A stretch of DNA of 64,000 nt from Candidatus Methanomethylicia archaeon (GCA_038727515.1 JAVYVS010000006.1:208-64207); one strand, 5' to 3'; shown: positions 9,732 through 20,786, counted from the stretch's first letter. Notes: a model not told the origin generated them from the letters alone. Translations and numbers: made by a program.

Positions 9732-10637
9732 ATGGTTAAATTAAGGATGAATGTAGATAAACTTGTGAAAGTTTCTGTAATTGGAGAAGTTGCAAGTCCA
9801 ATATTTAGAACTCCCCCATATAGGATTTCAGCTTATGGACAATTGATCGTTTGCCCTGGAACTGGTGGAATAAGGTATAATGTTCGTGTTGGAGATTCAG
9901 CTATAGATTGGATGGCAGATCATGTGGAACCTGGAGTTAGCATTAAAAATTTATCTAGTTATCCTGGTGCTCCTGAAGGTCCCAATACTGCATTAAATGT
10001 TCTTTCATGTATTGGTAATGAAGCAAAAGTTGTTACTGGTGAAGCTAAGGGGGCTATTGGTTATGTTACTGGTAAGCATGGTGGTATCGAGCATGTTATG
10101 GTTGATTTCCCATATGAAGTTATGGAGAAACTTGTTATTGGAGATAAGATTCAAGTTAAATCCTTTGGACAGGGATTAAAACTTTTGGATTATCCAGATA
10201 TCACTGTTATGAATATTGATCCATCATTGCTAATGAAGATGAATATAAGTGAAGAAGGTGATAGTTTAGTGGTGGGCGTTACACATATAGTTCCAGCTGG
10301 TATTATGGGTTCTGGTTTAGGTAGTAATCAAACTTATAGTGGAGATTATGATATAACATTATTCGATGAAGAAACCGTTAAAAAGTATAATCTCAATACA
10401 TTAAGGCTTGGAGATATTGTAGCTATAATGGATGCTGATAGCACTTATGGTAGAATTTATAAACAAGGTGCTATAACCATTGGAGTTGTTGTACATACTA
10501 ATTCTTATATTGCTGGTCATGGTCCAGGTGTAACAACAATATTAACTTCAAGTAAGGGGAAGATAAAGCCAGTAATAGATAGTAAAGCAAATATTGCATA
10601 CTACCTTAATTTACGTCCAGATATAAACTGGCAGTAA
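9732..10637 (+). CDS. Conserved hypothetical protein
   Basis: 301-aa ORF with good coding character. No motif I can name with confidence. Confidence 0.5.
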   Translation: MVKLRMNVDKLVKVSVIGEVASPIFRTPPYRISAYGQLIVCPGTGGIRYNVRVGDSAIDWMADHVEPGVSIKNLSSYPGAPEGPNTALNVLSCIGNEAKVVTGEAKGAIGYVTGKHGGIEHVMVDFPYEVMEKLVIGDKIQVKSFGQGLKLLDYPDITVMNIDPSLLMKMNISEEGDSLVVGVTHIVPAGIMGSGLGSNQTYSGDYDITLFDEETVKKYNLNTLRLGDIVAIMDADSTYGRIYKQGAITIGVVVHTNSYIAGHGPGVTTILTSSKGKIKPVIDSKANIAYYLNLRPDINWQ

Positions 10638-10655
10638 ATCATTAATAAATAATTT

Positions 10656-11462
10656 TTATTTTTTGTTTGACATTATATCTCTACTTACTATTTCTGCAAT
10701 TTTCTTTCCAGATAATAACATTCCACTGAATATTGGTCCCATTCTTGGAAGGTTATTTATTGCTGCAATAGACATTCCAGTGGCATATAATCCTGGTACT
10801 ATCCTACCTGTATATTCCACAACAAGTTTCTCTGAGAGTTCTGCGTATGCTGATTTCTCACCTTTAACATTTATATTTAGTTCTGGAATCTTTTTCGATG
10901 CTATTGATATTACTTCTGCTCCATGACCTGTAGCATCTATTACAGCTTTTGATTCTATGAATAGTGGATCTACATGTAATCCTGAAAGTGCTATTGCAGA
11001 CCATAATATAACTACGCCAATTATCCTAAGTGGATTCTCCCTATATATTACATCTTCCACTTGAATTCCATGAATTATCTTTGCTCCAGCTTCTATAGCA
11101 TTATATGCAAGTTTCGTCATAAGTTCATATGTATCTACAACATATAATTCATCATTTACATTTATAGCTCTTATATTCATTTCATCCAGTATCTGTTTTG
11201 CTTCTTTTCCCACCACAATTTTATGGAATAGCATACCTCCTCCACCCATTCCCCCTCCATAACTAAGCCTCCTCTCTAGAACAATTGTCTTCAAACCTTT
11301 TTCCGCTAAGTATTTTGCTGCTGTTAATCCTGATGGGCCTGCTCCAACTATTACTACATCGTTTTCCACTATATTTTCTATCCAATCCTTCATTGTGTAT
11401 TCAATTATTATTTTGCTAATCTTCCCCTCCATCTCCATATGATTCCCCCTCATTGAAGTCAA
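10656..11462 (-). CDS. thi4: Thiazole biosynthesis protein Thi4 family (thiamine thiazole synthase / ribose-1,5-bisphosphate isomerase-like)
   Basis: [49 protein letters not shown] and [14 protein letters not shown] motifs. Confidence 0.85.
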   Translation of the reverse strand: MTSMRGNHMEMEGKISKIIIEYTMKDWIENIVENDVVIVGAGPSGLTAAKYLAEKGLKTIVLERRLSYGGGMGGGGMLFHKIVVGKEAKQILDEMNIRAINVNDELYVVDTYELMTKLAYNAIEAGAKIIHGIQVEDVIYRENPLRIIGVVILWSAIALSGLHVDPLFIESKAVIDATGHGAEVISIASKKIPELNINVKGEKSAYAELSEKLVVEYTGRIVPGLYATGMSIAAINNLPRMGPIFSGMLLSGKKIAEIVSRDIMSNKK

Positions 11463-11488
11463 TTACTATTGGATGTATAAATGTTTAA

Positions 11489-12634
11489 TTAATTTTCTAG
11501 GATTTTATCTAGAGTTTCAATTAATATCTTTAGGTTTTCCTTGAATACCTCTGGTTTTTGTCCCATTCCAACTCTTGCAAAACCATTTAATTCAAATGTT
11601 GATCCTGGGCATATTAGTATACCATAATCATTAAATAGTTTTTCACATATTTCTAGATCGTTTTTTCTATCTATGAATTCTATTAGGAATATTGCTCCTG
11701 CATTTGGTTTGTATAATTTAATTTTTCTTACGTTTTTGAAGTTTTCCAATAGGATCTTTAGATTTTCTCTTAATATTTTCATGGTTCTCTCCATTATCTT
11801 CCTTCTAGAGTTTGGTTGTAGACATTTGTATGCTATTTCATCACCAATCTTTGATGGTGCTATTGTTGTATAATCTTTTAAACTCCACATTTTAATTATC
11901 TCTTTTTCTGGTGCTATTATCCATCCTATCCTTAATCCTGGGAGTCCATATGCCTTTGAAAATCCAGAGGTTGCTATTACATTATTATTTTCAAACCCTA
12001 TCTCCACAATACTTCTGAATTTTTCATCTCCATATTCTGTTCCCATATATACTTCATCTATGATGATCTTTGAATTTACTCTATCAACTTCTTGATATAC
12101 TTCTTCAAGTTCCTTTTCATTTAGGTATTGTCCCGTTGGATTGTTTGGATTTGTTAGGAATACTGCTTTCGGTTTAACTTTTCTTATTAAATTTATTAAT
12201 TCATTTAAGTCTATTTTGAAATGGTTCTCTGATTTCCTCCATATAACATATTGTTTTGCTTTAATCCATTCTGTTAATCCATGGATTTGCATGTAATTTG
12301 GTTTTTCTAATATTATTTTATCTCCCCTTTTAACTTGTGATATTGCTACAAGTAGATTTGCTTCTACACTTCCATGTGTTACAAGTACATTTTCACTAGT
12401 TATTTTTGATTGATATATTTCTGTTATTGCTTCTCTAAGTTTTATACTTCCTTGAGTCCATCCATAACTTATTGTAAAATCATCTTCAAGTATAGGTTCT
12501 CCTATTATTTCCTTTAATTCTCTTATGCTTAATGGTTCTACTCCACTTTCACTTAATAGTATTTTCGCTTTTGTCTCTCTTAGGCTTTGCCATCGCTCCA
12601 ATGCAAATTCTCTTAATTCATTATTTTTTATCAT
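11489..12634 (-). CDS. PLP-dependent aminotransferase, class I/II
   Basis: NPNNPTG and SGFSKAYGLPGLRIGW (PLP lysine) motifs. Confidence 0.8.
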   Translation of the reverse strand: MIKNNELREFALERWQSLRETKAKILLSESGVEPLSIRELKEIIGEPILEDDFTISYGWTQGSIKLREAITEIYQSKITSENVLVTHGSVEANLLVAISQVKRGDKIILEKPNYMQIHGLTEWIKAKQYVIWRKSENHFKIDLNELINLIRKVKPKAVFLTNPNNPTGQYLNEKELEEVYQEVDRVNSKIIIDEVYMGTEYGDEKFRSIVEIGFENNNVIATSGFSKAYGLPGLRIGWIIAPEKEIIKMWSLKDYTTIAPSKIGDEIAYKCLQPNSRRKIMERTMKILRENLKILLENFKNVRKIKLYKPNAGAIFLIEFIDRKNDLEICEKLFNDYGILICPGSTFELNGFARVGMGQKPEVFKENLKILIETLDKILEN

Positions 12635-12727
12635 AGATTACATTAATTATTTCTATGTATTTAAACATTTATTGCTGGAAGATTTTTATCTTGATAATAC
12701 AACTTATCTAGAGGTTTACGATGGTGA

Positions 12728-13648
12728 TTGATTATGGCTTTCGATTTTGATAAGTTTGAGAATTTGAAGCGTAGATTAAATGCTGTTGTTGTTGCACATA
12801 ATTATCAATTGCCAGAGGTTCAAGATATTGCTGATTTTATTGGTGATAGCTTGGAGATGGCTTTTAGAGCTGTTGAACTTTCTGCTAATGTAGTAGTTGT
12901 CGCTGGTGTTAGGTTTATGGCTGAACTTGTAGCTGCAATGAATCCTGATAAGATAGTTTTACATCCAGATCCAAGTGCTGGTTGTCCATTGGCAGATAAG
13001 ATAAATTTGAATTTAATTTCTGAAGTTAGATCAAAGTTTAAGGGTATTCCAATAATTGTTTACGTTAATTCCCCTTTGGAAGTTAAAGCTTCAGCTGATT
13101 TCTTTGTTACAAGTTCTTCAGTTTTAAGACTTATTTCTAAAATTGGTGTAGACACGGTAATCCTTGGTCCAGATAAAAATCTAGCTGATTACGTTGCTGA
13201 TGCACTTAAAATTAATGTTATACCTTTACCTAGAGATTCATTTTGTCCAGTTCATGAATATTTACTTGATGAGTACTATGTTAAGAAGGCTCTTGAAAAA
13301 TATCCTAATGCTAAACTTCTAGTTCATCCAGAAGTTCCTCCAACAGTTCGTAGAATGTCTCATTTTGTGGGTGGAACTAGTCAAATGATTAAAGCTATTG
13401 GTGAAATTGAAGGTGATACTTATCTACTTGGAACTGAAGAGGGATTAGCGTATAGAGCTAAATTGATATATGATGATAAAAATATTCTGCCAGTTAATTG
13501 TAGAGCTGTTTGTATTGATATGAAAAAGATTACCCCTAGGAAGATTTTAAATTGTCTTGAAAATCTTAAACCTAAAGTTTCTATTGATCGTGAAATCACC
13601 GTTAGAGCTCGTGAAGTAATATTTAATTCCCTTGAGCTACTTAGGTGA
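12728..13648 (+). CDS. nadA: Quinolinate synthase
   Basis: VVAHNYQLPEVQDIADFIGDSL, AGVRFMAE, CP.H and HPE motifs. The likely true start is the ATG at 12734. Confidence 0.85.
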   Translation: MIMAFDFDKFENLKRRLNAVVVAHNYQLPEVQDIADFIGDSLEMAFRAVELSANVVVVAGVRFMAELVAAMNPDKIVLHPDPSAGCPLADKINLNLISEVRSKFKGIPIIVYVNSPLEVKASADFFVTSSSVLRLISKIGVDTVILGPDKNLADYVADALKINVIPLPRDSFCPVHEYLLDEYYVKKALEKYPNAKLLVHPEVPPTVRRMSHFVGGTSQMIKAIGEIEGDTYLLGTEEGLAYRAKLIYDDKNILPVNCRAVCIDMKKITPRKILNCLENLKPKVSIDREITVRAREVIFNSLELLR

Positions 13649-14510
13649 TTTTATGAGTAGTGAACTTCTATTTAAATCGTTTATTGATTGGATTTTTAAA
13701 GATGCCCCACATGGAGATTTAACTTCCAATCTCCTCATTCCAAGGGATTGTATGGTAAAAGCCATTATAATTGCAAAATCTAGTGGTGTAGCTGCATGTG
13801 TTGAAGAGATTTCAGAAGTTTTAGAGAAATTTGGTTTAAAAATTCATATTAACGTTAAGAGTGGTCAAAAGTTTTCTGTGGGAGATGAAATCATGGTTAT
13901 TGAAGGATCTGCTAGAAATATACTTTTAATTGAAAGGACTTTATTGAATTTACTATCATACCTATTTGGAGTTGCAACTTCAACTAGAATATTCATTGAG
14001 AAAGCTAGAATGGTTAGTTCTAAGGTTAGAATTGCTTCTACACGTAAATTTCCACCTGGATTGGGGTATTTAGCTAAGATGGCTGTAAATTATGGTGGTG
14101 GAGATACACATAGATTTTCCCTTAGTGATGCTATTATAATTAAAGATAATCATTTAGCTATAATTGGAGATTTATGTGAAGCTATTAAAATCGCTAAATC
14201 AAAAGTTTCCTTTATACATAAAATTGAAGTAGAAGTTAGAAGTTTAAATGAAGCTATTCTAGCAGTTGAATCTGGTGCTGATGTGATAATGCTTGATAAT
14301 ATGAGTGTTGAAGAAGTTTCAAAGGTTATTGAAGAACTTAAGGTTAGAGGTCTTAGAGATAAAGTTTTAATTGAAGTTAGTGGTGGAATAAATATTGATA
14401 ACATAATTGATTATGCAAAATTAGATGTAGATATTATAAGTACTAGTAAGATAACTATGAATCCTGTAAGTATAGATCTAAGTTTAGAAATTGTTAATGT
14501 GCTTAAATAA
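13632..14510 (+). CDS. nadC: Nicotinate-nucleotide pyrophosphorylase (quinolinate phosphoribosyltransferase)
   Basis: HGDLTS, ERTLLN, TRKF.PG, IKDNH, MLDNM and SGGI motifs. Lies immediately downstream of nadA. Confidence 0.85.
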   Translation: MSYLGDFMSSELLFKSFIDWIFKDAPHGDLTSNLLIPRDCMVKAIIIAKSSGVAACVEEISEVLEKFGLKIHINVKSGQKFSVGDEIMVIEGSARNILLIERTLLNLLSYLFGVATSTRIFIEKARMVSSKVRIASTRKFPPGLGYLAKMAVNYGGGDTHRFSLSDAIIIKDNHLAIIGDLCEAIKIAKSKVSFIHKIEVEVRSLNEAILAVESGADVIMLDNMSVEEVSKVIEELKVRGLRDKVLIEVSGGINIDNIIDYAKLDVDIISTSKITMNPVSIDLSLEIVNVLK

Positions 14511-14614
14511 TTCTCAAAATATATGGTTCTATTTCGATTTAAAATTAATATTCTGATTTAATTTTTGATTTTTGTATTTATTAATTATTTTTTTGGTGTT
14601 TAAAGATTTTATTT

Positions 14615-15772
14615 TTGATTATATTTGTTAATTCTAGTTATAAATCAATAATAGAAAAAGATAAAAGCTTATTGGATTATAAACTAGAAAATAAGGAGGT
14701 ATATAGTGAAGTGGAACTAAAAAAGAGGGTTGAATCAATAGAAGTTAAAGAGAAGAGCATATCTCAACTTCTCTCTGAAATGGCTAAAACTGCTTATCAA
14801 GGTAGAAAACTTGGAGAAGCTGTTGAAGTTTGGGAAGAAATGATCAAAGATGAGAATGTAACTATAATTATGGGTTTAGCTGGCTCTATGAGTACTGCTG
14901 GTCAATGGAAGATAATTAATTGGCTTATTGAGAATAGATTTATTGATGTTCTAGTATCTACAGGTGCCAATGTTTCTGAAGATATCGTTGAAGCTATGGG
15001 TTTCTCATATTGGCAGGGGAGTCCATATGTAGATGATAGAATTCTAAGAGAAGCTGACATTAATAGGTATTATGATGTTTATGGGTTTGAAAAGGATTAT
15101 CATGCTATGGAGAATTTAATAAAAGATTTCATATTAACTCTACGTGAAGACTATGTGTATTCAACCATGGAATTCCTACATTTATTTGGTAAATGGCTTC
15201 TTAAAAGGGGTATTAGGAGTATAGTTGCTGTAGCTGCTGAACATGGTGTACCAGTATTTGCACCTGCAATTGCTGATAGCGCTTATGGTGAAGCTTTTCT
15301 ATTGGCTAAGAATGAAGGTAAAACTATAATTGTTGATAATGTAAAGGATTTCGATCAATTTGTTAGTATAGGTGAGAAGGTTAAAGATGTTGGGGTTATA
15401 TATATTGGTGGTGGAGTTCCAAAGGATTATACACAATTAATAGCTATATCTATATCTCCGAAGACAAGACATGTGGGTGTTCCAGGTAGAAAGGGATTTT
15501 TAAGAAAGAGTATAAAGGAATATTACTATCCACATAAATATGCAATACAGATAACAACTGATTCCCCCCAGTGGGGTGGATTGTCTGGATGTACATTGGA
15601 GGAAGCTATTAGTTGGGGTAAAATTGATGCTGAAGGTAAAAGGGTTACATGTTATTGTGATGCAACTATAGCGCTTCCACTGATTACACATGCACTAAAT
15701 GAAAGAATTAAATTTAAGAGGAAAGCACCAGATATGTCTTGGCTTTTCAAAGATGTTTCAAATTTAATTTAA
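14615..15772 (+). CDS. dys: Deoxyhypusine synthase
   Basis: GLAGSMSTAGQ, STGANVSEDI, IYIGGGVPKD, and SGCTLEEAISWGKI at the active-site Lys region. The N-terminal ~35 codons of the track ORF (TTG start) may not be translated. Confidence 0.85.
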   Translation: MIIFVNSSYKSIIEKDKSLLDYKLENKEVYSEVELKKRVESIEVKEKSISQLLSEMAKTAYQGRKLGEAVEVWEEMIKDENVTIIMGLAGSMSTAGQWKIINWLIENRFIDVLVSTGANVSEDIVEAMGFSYWQGSPYVDDRILREADINRYYDVYGFEKDYHAMENLIKDFILTLREDYVYSTMEFLHLFGKWLLKRGIRSIVAVAAEHGVPVFAPAIADSAYGEAFLLAKNEGKTIIVDNVKDFDQFVSIGEKVKDVGVIYIGGGVPKDYTQLIAISISPKTRHVGVPGRKGFLRKSIKEYYYPHKYAIQITTDSPQWGGLSGCTLEEAISWGKIDAEGKRVTCYCDATIALPLITHALNERIKFKRKAPDMSWLFKDVSNLI

Positions 15773-15827
15773 ATATTCCAATAATTTTTCAAAAATTATA
15801 TAAACCTTTAACTACAAATTTATTTTC

Positions 15828-16286
15828 ATGAACGTGACTCTTCCTTCAAAATTTAGGGATATAGTTAAAATCGAGAGGTATAATGCTTTAAACTTGAAAC
15901 GTTCTTCTAATGTTTCTAATAGTATGGTTAAAGTCCTCATGAAAAGCATAGCATATGATTCTTTAAAACATGCTGATCTCTTTAAAGCTTTAATTGAAAT
16001 GTTACGTGGTTTAAGTAAACCTTTAAGTGAAGAAGATTATGCTAAACTTGATAAAGTTATTATTGAACACATAAACATTGAGTCTATGATGATTAAAGAG
16101 ATTGAAGCTCTCCTTAAAATAGTTGATGACGAACGGTTGAAATATGTTTTAAGGTATATTCTTGATGATGAAAGACGTCATCATTCTCTATTATTGGGTT
16201 TACAGGAAGCTGTTAATAGAAGGGAGGTTGTCGGTAAATTTGATTGGCTTAATATTGTTTGGAAAGATGTCCCCTTCTTCTTTTAA
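15828..16286 (+). CDS. Hypothetical protein, possibly ferritin-like/rubrerythrin-like four-helix bundle
   Basis: Predicted all-helical, with E..H-type pairs (DSLKHADLF, DDERRHHSLL). Weak evidence. Confidence 0.45.
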   Translation: MNVTLPSKFRDIVKIERYNALNLKRSSNVSNSMVKVLMKSIAYDSLKHADLFKALIEMLRGLSKPLSEEDYAKLDKVIIEHINIESMMIKEIEALLKIVDDERLKYVLRYILDDERRHHSLLLGLQEAVNRREVVGKFDWLNIVWKDVPFFF

Positions 16287-16321
16287 TTTAAATTTAAATT
16301 ACACTTTTTCATTAAATTTAT

Positions 16322-17242
16322 TTGTGGTGTAGTGATTTGATAAGTGAGGAGGCTATTGAAGCTTATAAGCAAGCTGGTGAAGCTGCGAAGGCTGCTATAA
16401 GAAAAGCTTTGGAAATTGTTCATGCTGGTGCAAGTATTAAGGATGTTTGCAATACAATCGAAAATGTAATAATTGAATATGGTTGTAAACCTGCATTTCC
16501 ATGTAATATAGGTATAAATGAAATTGCAGCTCATTATACAGCTGATGAAAATACTAGGGCAGTAATACCAGATAATTGTATTGTTAAAATTGATTTAGGA
16601 GCCCATTATAATGGGTATATTGCTGATACAGCTATAACTTTGAATATATCATCTGAATTTGAAGATCTTATTAAAGCTGTTAAGGAAGCTATAGATGTTG
16701 TTTCCAATGAGATTGATGTTAATATTCCCATTGCAAAATTAAGTACTATAATTGAGAAGACCATTAAATCCTATGGATTTAAACCAATAAAGAATTTAGC
16801 TGGTCATCAAATTGATAGATATAAACTTCACACTGGCATTTCAATACCAAACTCTAGACAAATTAAAGATGTGTTCACAAAGCTATCCCCTGGATTTGCA
16901 TATGCAATTGAACCTTTTGCAACAATAGATTCCGGGCTGGGTGAAGTTAATGGTGTTAGAGGTGGAAATATATTTAAATTGGTTAGTCCAAGGCCTCCAA
17001 AGATGGGTGCAGCTAGAAGTTTATTCTTAAATATTCAAAGAAAATTTAACTATTTACCCTTCACTAGACGTTGGCTTACAGATTTTAAAGATAATCCATC
17101 ATATCCCAAATCATTTTCACAACTATTAGAGAAAGGCTATATAACTGAATATCCATATATGGTGGAAGGATATGGAAAACCTGTAGCTCAATGGGAACAT
17201 ACATTCCTAGTACTTGAAAAAGAAGTTGTAAAATTAACGTGA
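16322..17242 (+). CDS. map: Methionine aminopeptidase, type II (archaeal)
   Basis: NEIAAHYTA, DLGAHYNGYIADTA, AGHQIDRYKLH, IEPF and WEHTFLV motifs. Confidence 0.85.
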   Translation: MWCSDLISEEAIEAYKQAGEAAKAAIRKALEIVHAGASIKDVCNTIENVIIEYGCKPAFPCNIGINEIAAHYTADENTRAVIPDNCIVKIDLGAHYNGYIADTAITLNISSEFEDLIKAVKEAIDVVSNEIDVNIPIAKLSTIIEKTIKSYGFKPIKNLAGHQIDRYKLHTGISIPNSRQIKDVFTKLSPGFAYAIEPFATIDSGLGEVNGVRGGNIFKLVSPRPPKMGAARSLFLNIQRKFNYLPFTRRWLTDFKDNPSYPKSFSQLLEKGYITEYPYMVEGYGKPVAQWEHTFLVLEKEVVKLT

Positions 17243-17257
17243 AAATTTTGATTTAAT

Positions 17258-17857
17258 TTATTTAATGGCTTCCTCAAATCTCCTATTAACTTCAATCCAA
17301 TTTATACTCTTAAAGAAGGCTTCAATGTAATCTATTTTCCTCAATCCATAATCTATCATATATGCATGTTCAAATACATCCATTACCAGTATTGGTGTTA
17401 ATCCAGCTAAATGTCCAACATCATGTTCATTAATCCATACATTCAGCAATTTATTTGCTGATTTATCATAGTATAATATTACCCATCCAATACCTCTCAT
17501 GGCACCAATACCCTTAAATTCCTTTTCCCAATTCTCATAAGAACCAAAATCTTCTACAATCTTTAGATACATCTTTGAATTTTTATCAATTTCTTTAAAT
17601 TCTTTAGTCATATTTTCAAAGTAGTATTCATGTAGTTTCATACCATTAAATTCCCATCCAAATCTACGTTTTACTTCTGCATATTCAGGTGTTCCAATTT
17701 TTCCTTCCATAATAAGATTTTTCATAACTTCCAAAAGCTTATTCGTATTATTAACGTATCCCTGATAAAGTGTGAAATGATTTCTTAATAGTTGTTCACT
17801 AAACCCTTTAATTCCAATTAATTGTTCATAATTCTTTGGTTTATACATGATTACCAC
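17258..17857 (-). CDS. sod: Fe/Mn superoxide dismutase
   Basis: NHF.LYQGYV, EFNGMKLHEYYF and the C-terminal DVFEHAYMIDYG metal-ligand motif. Confidence 0.85.
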   Translation of the reverse strand: MVIMYKPKNYEQLIGIKGFSEQLLRNHFTLYQGYVNNTNKLLEVMKNLIMEGKIGTPEYAEVKRRFGWEFNGMKLHEYYFENMTKEFKEIDKNSKMYLKIVEDFGSYENWEKEFKGIGAMRGIGWVILYYDKSANKLLNVWINEHDVGHLAGLTPILVMDVFEHAYMIDYGLRKIDYIEAFFKSINWIEVNRRFEEAIK

Positions 17858-17869
17858 TCACACTTACAT

Positions 17870-18373
17870 CTAGAACCTTCTAAATTTATCTTTTGCTGCT
17901 CTACATAGTGGGCATGTGTCTGGAGCTTCTCCTTCCACGGTATATCCACATATTTCACATATGTATATTGGTCCTATAGCAATGTCTTCACCTTTATCTA
18001 CTGCTTGTTTAGCTTTTTGATATAATATTGAATGAATCTTTTCTGCTTCCAATGCCCAACCTGTTGTGCGTTCAGCTCCTCTTTCATTTTGCATTTTTGC
18101 TACTGTATTGTATGCTGGATACATTTCTTCAACTTCATAATTTTCACTATTAATGGCATCTTGTAAGTTTTGTGACGTATTTCCTATTTTACCGAGAATT
18201 CTATAATGATTTTTTGCATGTATAAATTCAGCGTATGCTATAGCTCTAAATAATCTTGATATATTTTTGAAGCCTTCATCTTCAGCTTTTTCTGCATAAA
18301 TTATGTATTTCATATGTGCTTGACTCTCCCCTTGAAATGCGTTTTTAAGATTTTCTTCACTCATTTTCCTCAT
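17870..18373 (-). CDS. rbr: Rubrerythrin
   Basis: Ferritin-like EAEF.H and E..H pairs plus a C-terminal rubredoxin-like C.IC....CP.C. Confidence 0.85.
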   Translation of the reverse strand: MRKMSEENLKNAFQGESQAHMKYIIYAEKAEDEGFKNISRLFRAIAYAEFIHAKNHYRILGKIGNTSQNLQDAINSENYEVEEMYPAYNTVAKMQNERGAERTTGWALEAEKIHSILYQKAKQAVDKGEDIAIGPIYICEICGYTVEGEAPDTCPLCRAAKDKFRRF

Positions 18374-18456
18374 TTTCTATCCCCTAAACATATATTTTTT
18401 AGACTAAAAATATATATTTTACTTCCGATTTTAGTATTATAAAACTAATTATAGTT

Positions 18457-18903
18457 TTGAATGAGGAGTCCTTTATGGTGGATTCTTTAGATCTTAGGAT
18501 TATAGAAGCTTTAATTAAAGAGGGGGATTTAAGTTTTAGTGAATTAGCTCGTAGATTGGGTTTAAGTGAATCTACTGTTAGAAAGAGGGTTGAGAAGCTA
18601 AAGAGGGATAATATTATAAATAAGTTTACTGTGGTTGTTGATCCATCTAAATTAGGCTTTAATTCCACTGCAATTATAGGTATTGATGTTGATCCCCCTC
18701 AACTTTTAAGTGTAGCTAAACGTATTTGTGATCTTCAAGAATCTAAGAGTGTCTTCATTTGTACTGGTGATCATATGATTCTAGTTGAAGTTTGGGCTAG
18801 AGATGGTAATCACCTTTCAAAGATAATATCTGAGAAAATTGGTGTTATTGAAGGTGTTAGAAGGGTTTGTCCCTCCATAATTCTTGAAAGATTAAAATTT
18901 TAA
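18457..18903 (+). CDS. Lrp/AsnC family transcriptional regulator
   Basis: N-terminal HTH LDLRIIEALIKEGDLSFSELARRLGLSESTVRKRVEKL followed by a RAM/ACT-like domain. Confidence 0.8.
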   Translation: MNEESFMVDSLDLRIIEALIKEGDLSFSELARRLGLSESTVRKRVEKLKRDNIINKFTVVVDPSKLGFNSTAIIGIDVDPPQLLSVAKRICDLQESKSVFICTGDHMILVEVWARDGNHLSKIISEKIGVIEGVRRVCPSIILERLKF

Positions 18904-18936
18904 CTTAATATTATAATATTTGTTTATTGATGATTT

Positions 18937-20343
18937 ATGTGTTCTGAAATTGATAAAGTTAAGAGGTATGTTGAAAGTGAAGTTCCAAATTTGATGAAGA
19001 TTTTTAAAGTTCCTGGTTTTAGTATTTCTATTGTTAATAAGAGTGGGATAATTTATTGTGAGGGATTTGGATATAGAGATTTAGAGAAGGCTCTTCCAGC
19101 AACTCCTAATACATTGTATGGTCTTGGCTCCACAACAAAGTCTTTTGTTGCATTATCTATAATGCAATTGGTTGAAGCTGGTAGAATTTCTCTAGATGAT
19201 CCTGTATCTGAATATATCCCATTGAAAATTGGATTAAAGGATAAGCCTATACGTATACGCCACCTATTATCTCATTCCTCTGGAATTCCAGATTTAGGTA
19301 CATCCACTATAATCTTACAACATGGTTTAGGTCATTACATAGGGATACCATTAGCTAGTGTAAACGATTTTTATAGGTTTGTTAATGATGCTCAAAGTGA
19401 AATTGTTGATGAACCCGGTAGAAGATTCTTCTATTTAAATGCTGGTTATAGAATGTTGGGTCATATAATTCAATGTATTAGTGGTATGCCATTTCATATT
19501 TACGTTACTGAGAATATTCTAAAACCTCTTAAAATGTTTAGGAGTACATTTGTTAGGAGGATCTTTGAAGGAGATCCCGATAGAATAACTCCATATAGAA
19601 TTGATGAATCTGGAAAGCATATTCCAACACCATATCCATATCCAAATATTGAAGATAATCTGGAATTCTCATTTATACTAGCTCCTGGTGGATTGATAAG
19701 TTCAGTTGTAGAATTATCAAATTATCTTATTGCAAATTTGAATTTTGGTGTATTTGAAGATAGGAGGATAATTAGTAGAGAATCTTTAGAGATGATGTTT
19801 CAAATACATATAGATGTTCCAAGGGGATTTTATGGTAGACATGGATATGGATTTGGATGGAGTATAACTGAGAATTTCTTTGGAACAAAACTGGTTTCAC
19901 ATGGAGGTTCAATACTTGTTTCAACATCACATCTATCTCTATTGCCAGAGTATGGTTTTGGAATAGCTATGGCATCTAATTCTGCAGGATTTCCATATGA
20001 TGAATTTTCACAAACAATATATGCAATACTCCTCGGTAAAAGTCCTGATGATGTACCCTCAGTTAAAGTTAGGAGGAAGATGAATGTGCTTTGCGGTCAA
20101 TATTCTACTTATAAGGGTGTTGATAATATTGAAGTTGTTAATAGAGGTGGAATGCTATATGTTATTCAGAAAGGTGCATTTGGAAGCATAACTTATCCAT
20201 TGATTCCAGAAGATCCTCTAATGGAATCCAATAGATTCTACATATATTCTTATGGAGTTAAACAACCTGTGGAATTCGTTATAGGTAGAGATGGTAGAAT
20301 AGACTTATATATTGAAAGAGATGTTTTCCATAAAGTGAAGTGA
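18937..20343 (+). CDS. Serine hydrolase of the beta-lactamase (class C / D-aminopeptidase / esterase) family
   Basis: S-x-x-K (GSTTKS), Y-x-N (YLNAGY) and an HGG box (SHGGS). Confidence 0.8.
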   Translation: MCSEIDKVKRYVESEVPNLMKIFKVPGFSISIVNKSGIIYCEGFGYRDLEKALPATPNTLYGLGSTTKSFVALSIMQLVEAGRISLDDPVSEYIPLKIGLKDKPIRIRHLLSHSSGIPDLGTSTIILQHGLGHYIGIPLASVNDFYRFVNDAQSEIVDEPGRRFFYLNAGYRMLGHIIQCISGMPFHIYVTENILKPLKMFRSTFVRRIFEGDPDRITPYRIDESGKHIPTPYPYPNIEDNLEFSFILAPGGLISSVVELSNYLIANLNFGVFEDRRIISRESLEMMFQIHIDVPRGFYGRHGYGFGWSITENFFGTKLVSHGGSILVSTSHLSLLPEYGFGIAMASNSAGFPYDEFSQTIYAILLGKSPDDVPSVKVRRKMNVLCGQYSTYKGVDNIEVVNRGGMLYVIQKGAFGSITYPLIPEDPLMESNRFYIYSYGVKQPVEFVIGRDGRIDLYIERDVFHKVK

Positions 20344-20370
20344 GAAATTGAATTAAACATCTACACAAAT

Positions 20371-20760
20371 TTATACTTCAATTAACTCATATTCATCTTG
20401 CTTTATTTTTGCAATTTTTACATATTCAAAGATTTTCTTCATATCCCCCACTATATTGTCTTTGTCATATACTATTATACATGTCATTCTTCCATTGCTA
20501 TGTACTGCAATCACATTTAACCCATATGTTTCTCCAAGGTTTAAGAGTTCCTTTAACACTTGTATATTTATTTCCCTTCTACTTTTTTTACATTCTACAG
20601 CTATAGTTTTCCCCTCTTTCACTACTATTATATCTATCGGTGGTTGACCTTTTGGTGTACCTTTACTACTACTAGCTCTAATACTTAGATAACCATGTTT
20701 TGCAAATTTCATTCTCACATTATATTCGAAGCTTCTACCTTTAACATAACTTGATGGCAT
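20371..20760 (-). CDS. hjc: Holliday junction resolvase Hjc/Hje-like (PD-(D/E)xK)
   Basis: GRSFEYNVRMKFAKHGYLSIRASSS...PPIDIIVVKEGKTIAVECKKS matches the Hjc pattern E...G..V.R...S..PDI.A....IEVK. Confidence 0.7.
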   Translation of the reverse strand: MPSSYVKGRSFEYNVRMKFAKHGYLSIRASSSKGTPKGQPPIDIIVVKEGKTIAVECKKSRREINIQVLKELLNLGETYGLNVIAVHSNGRMTCIIVYDKDNIVGDMKKIFEYVKIAKIKQDEYELIEV

Positions 20761-20786
20761 ACCATTAATTAAACTAACAAATTATT

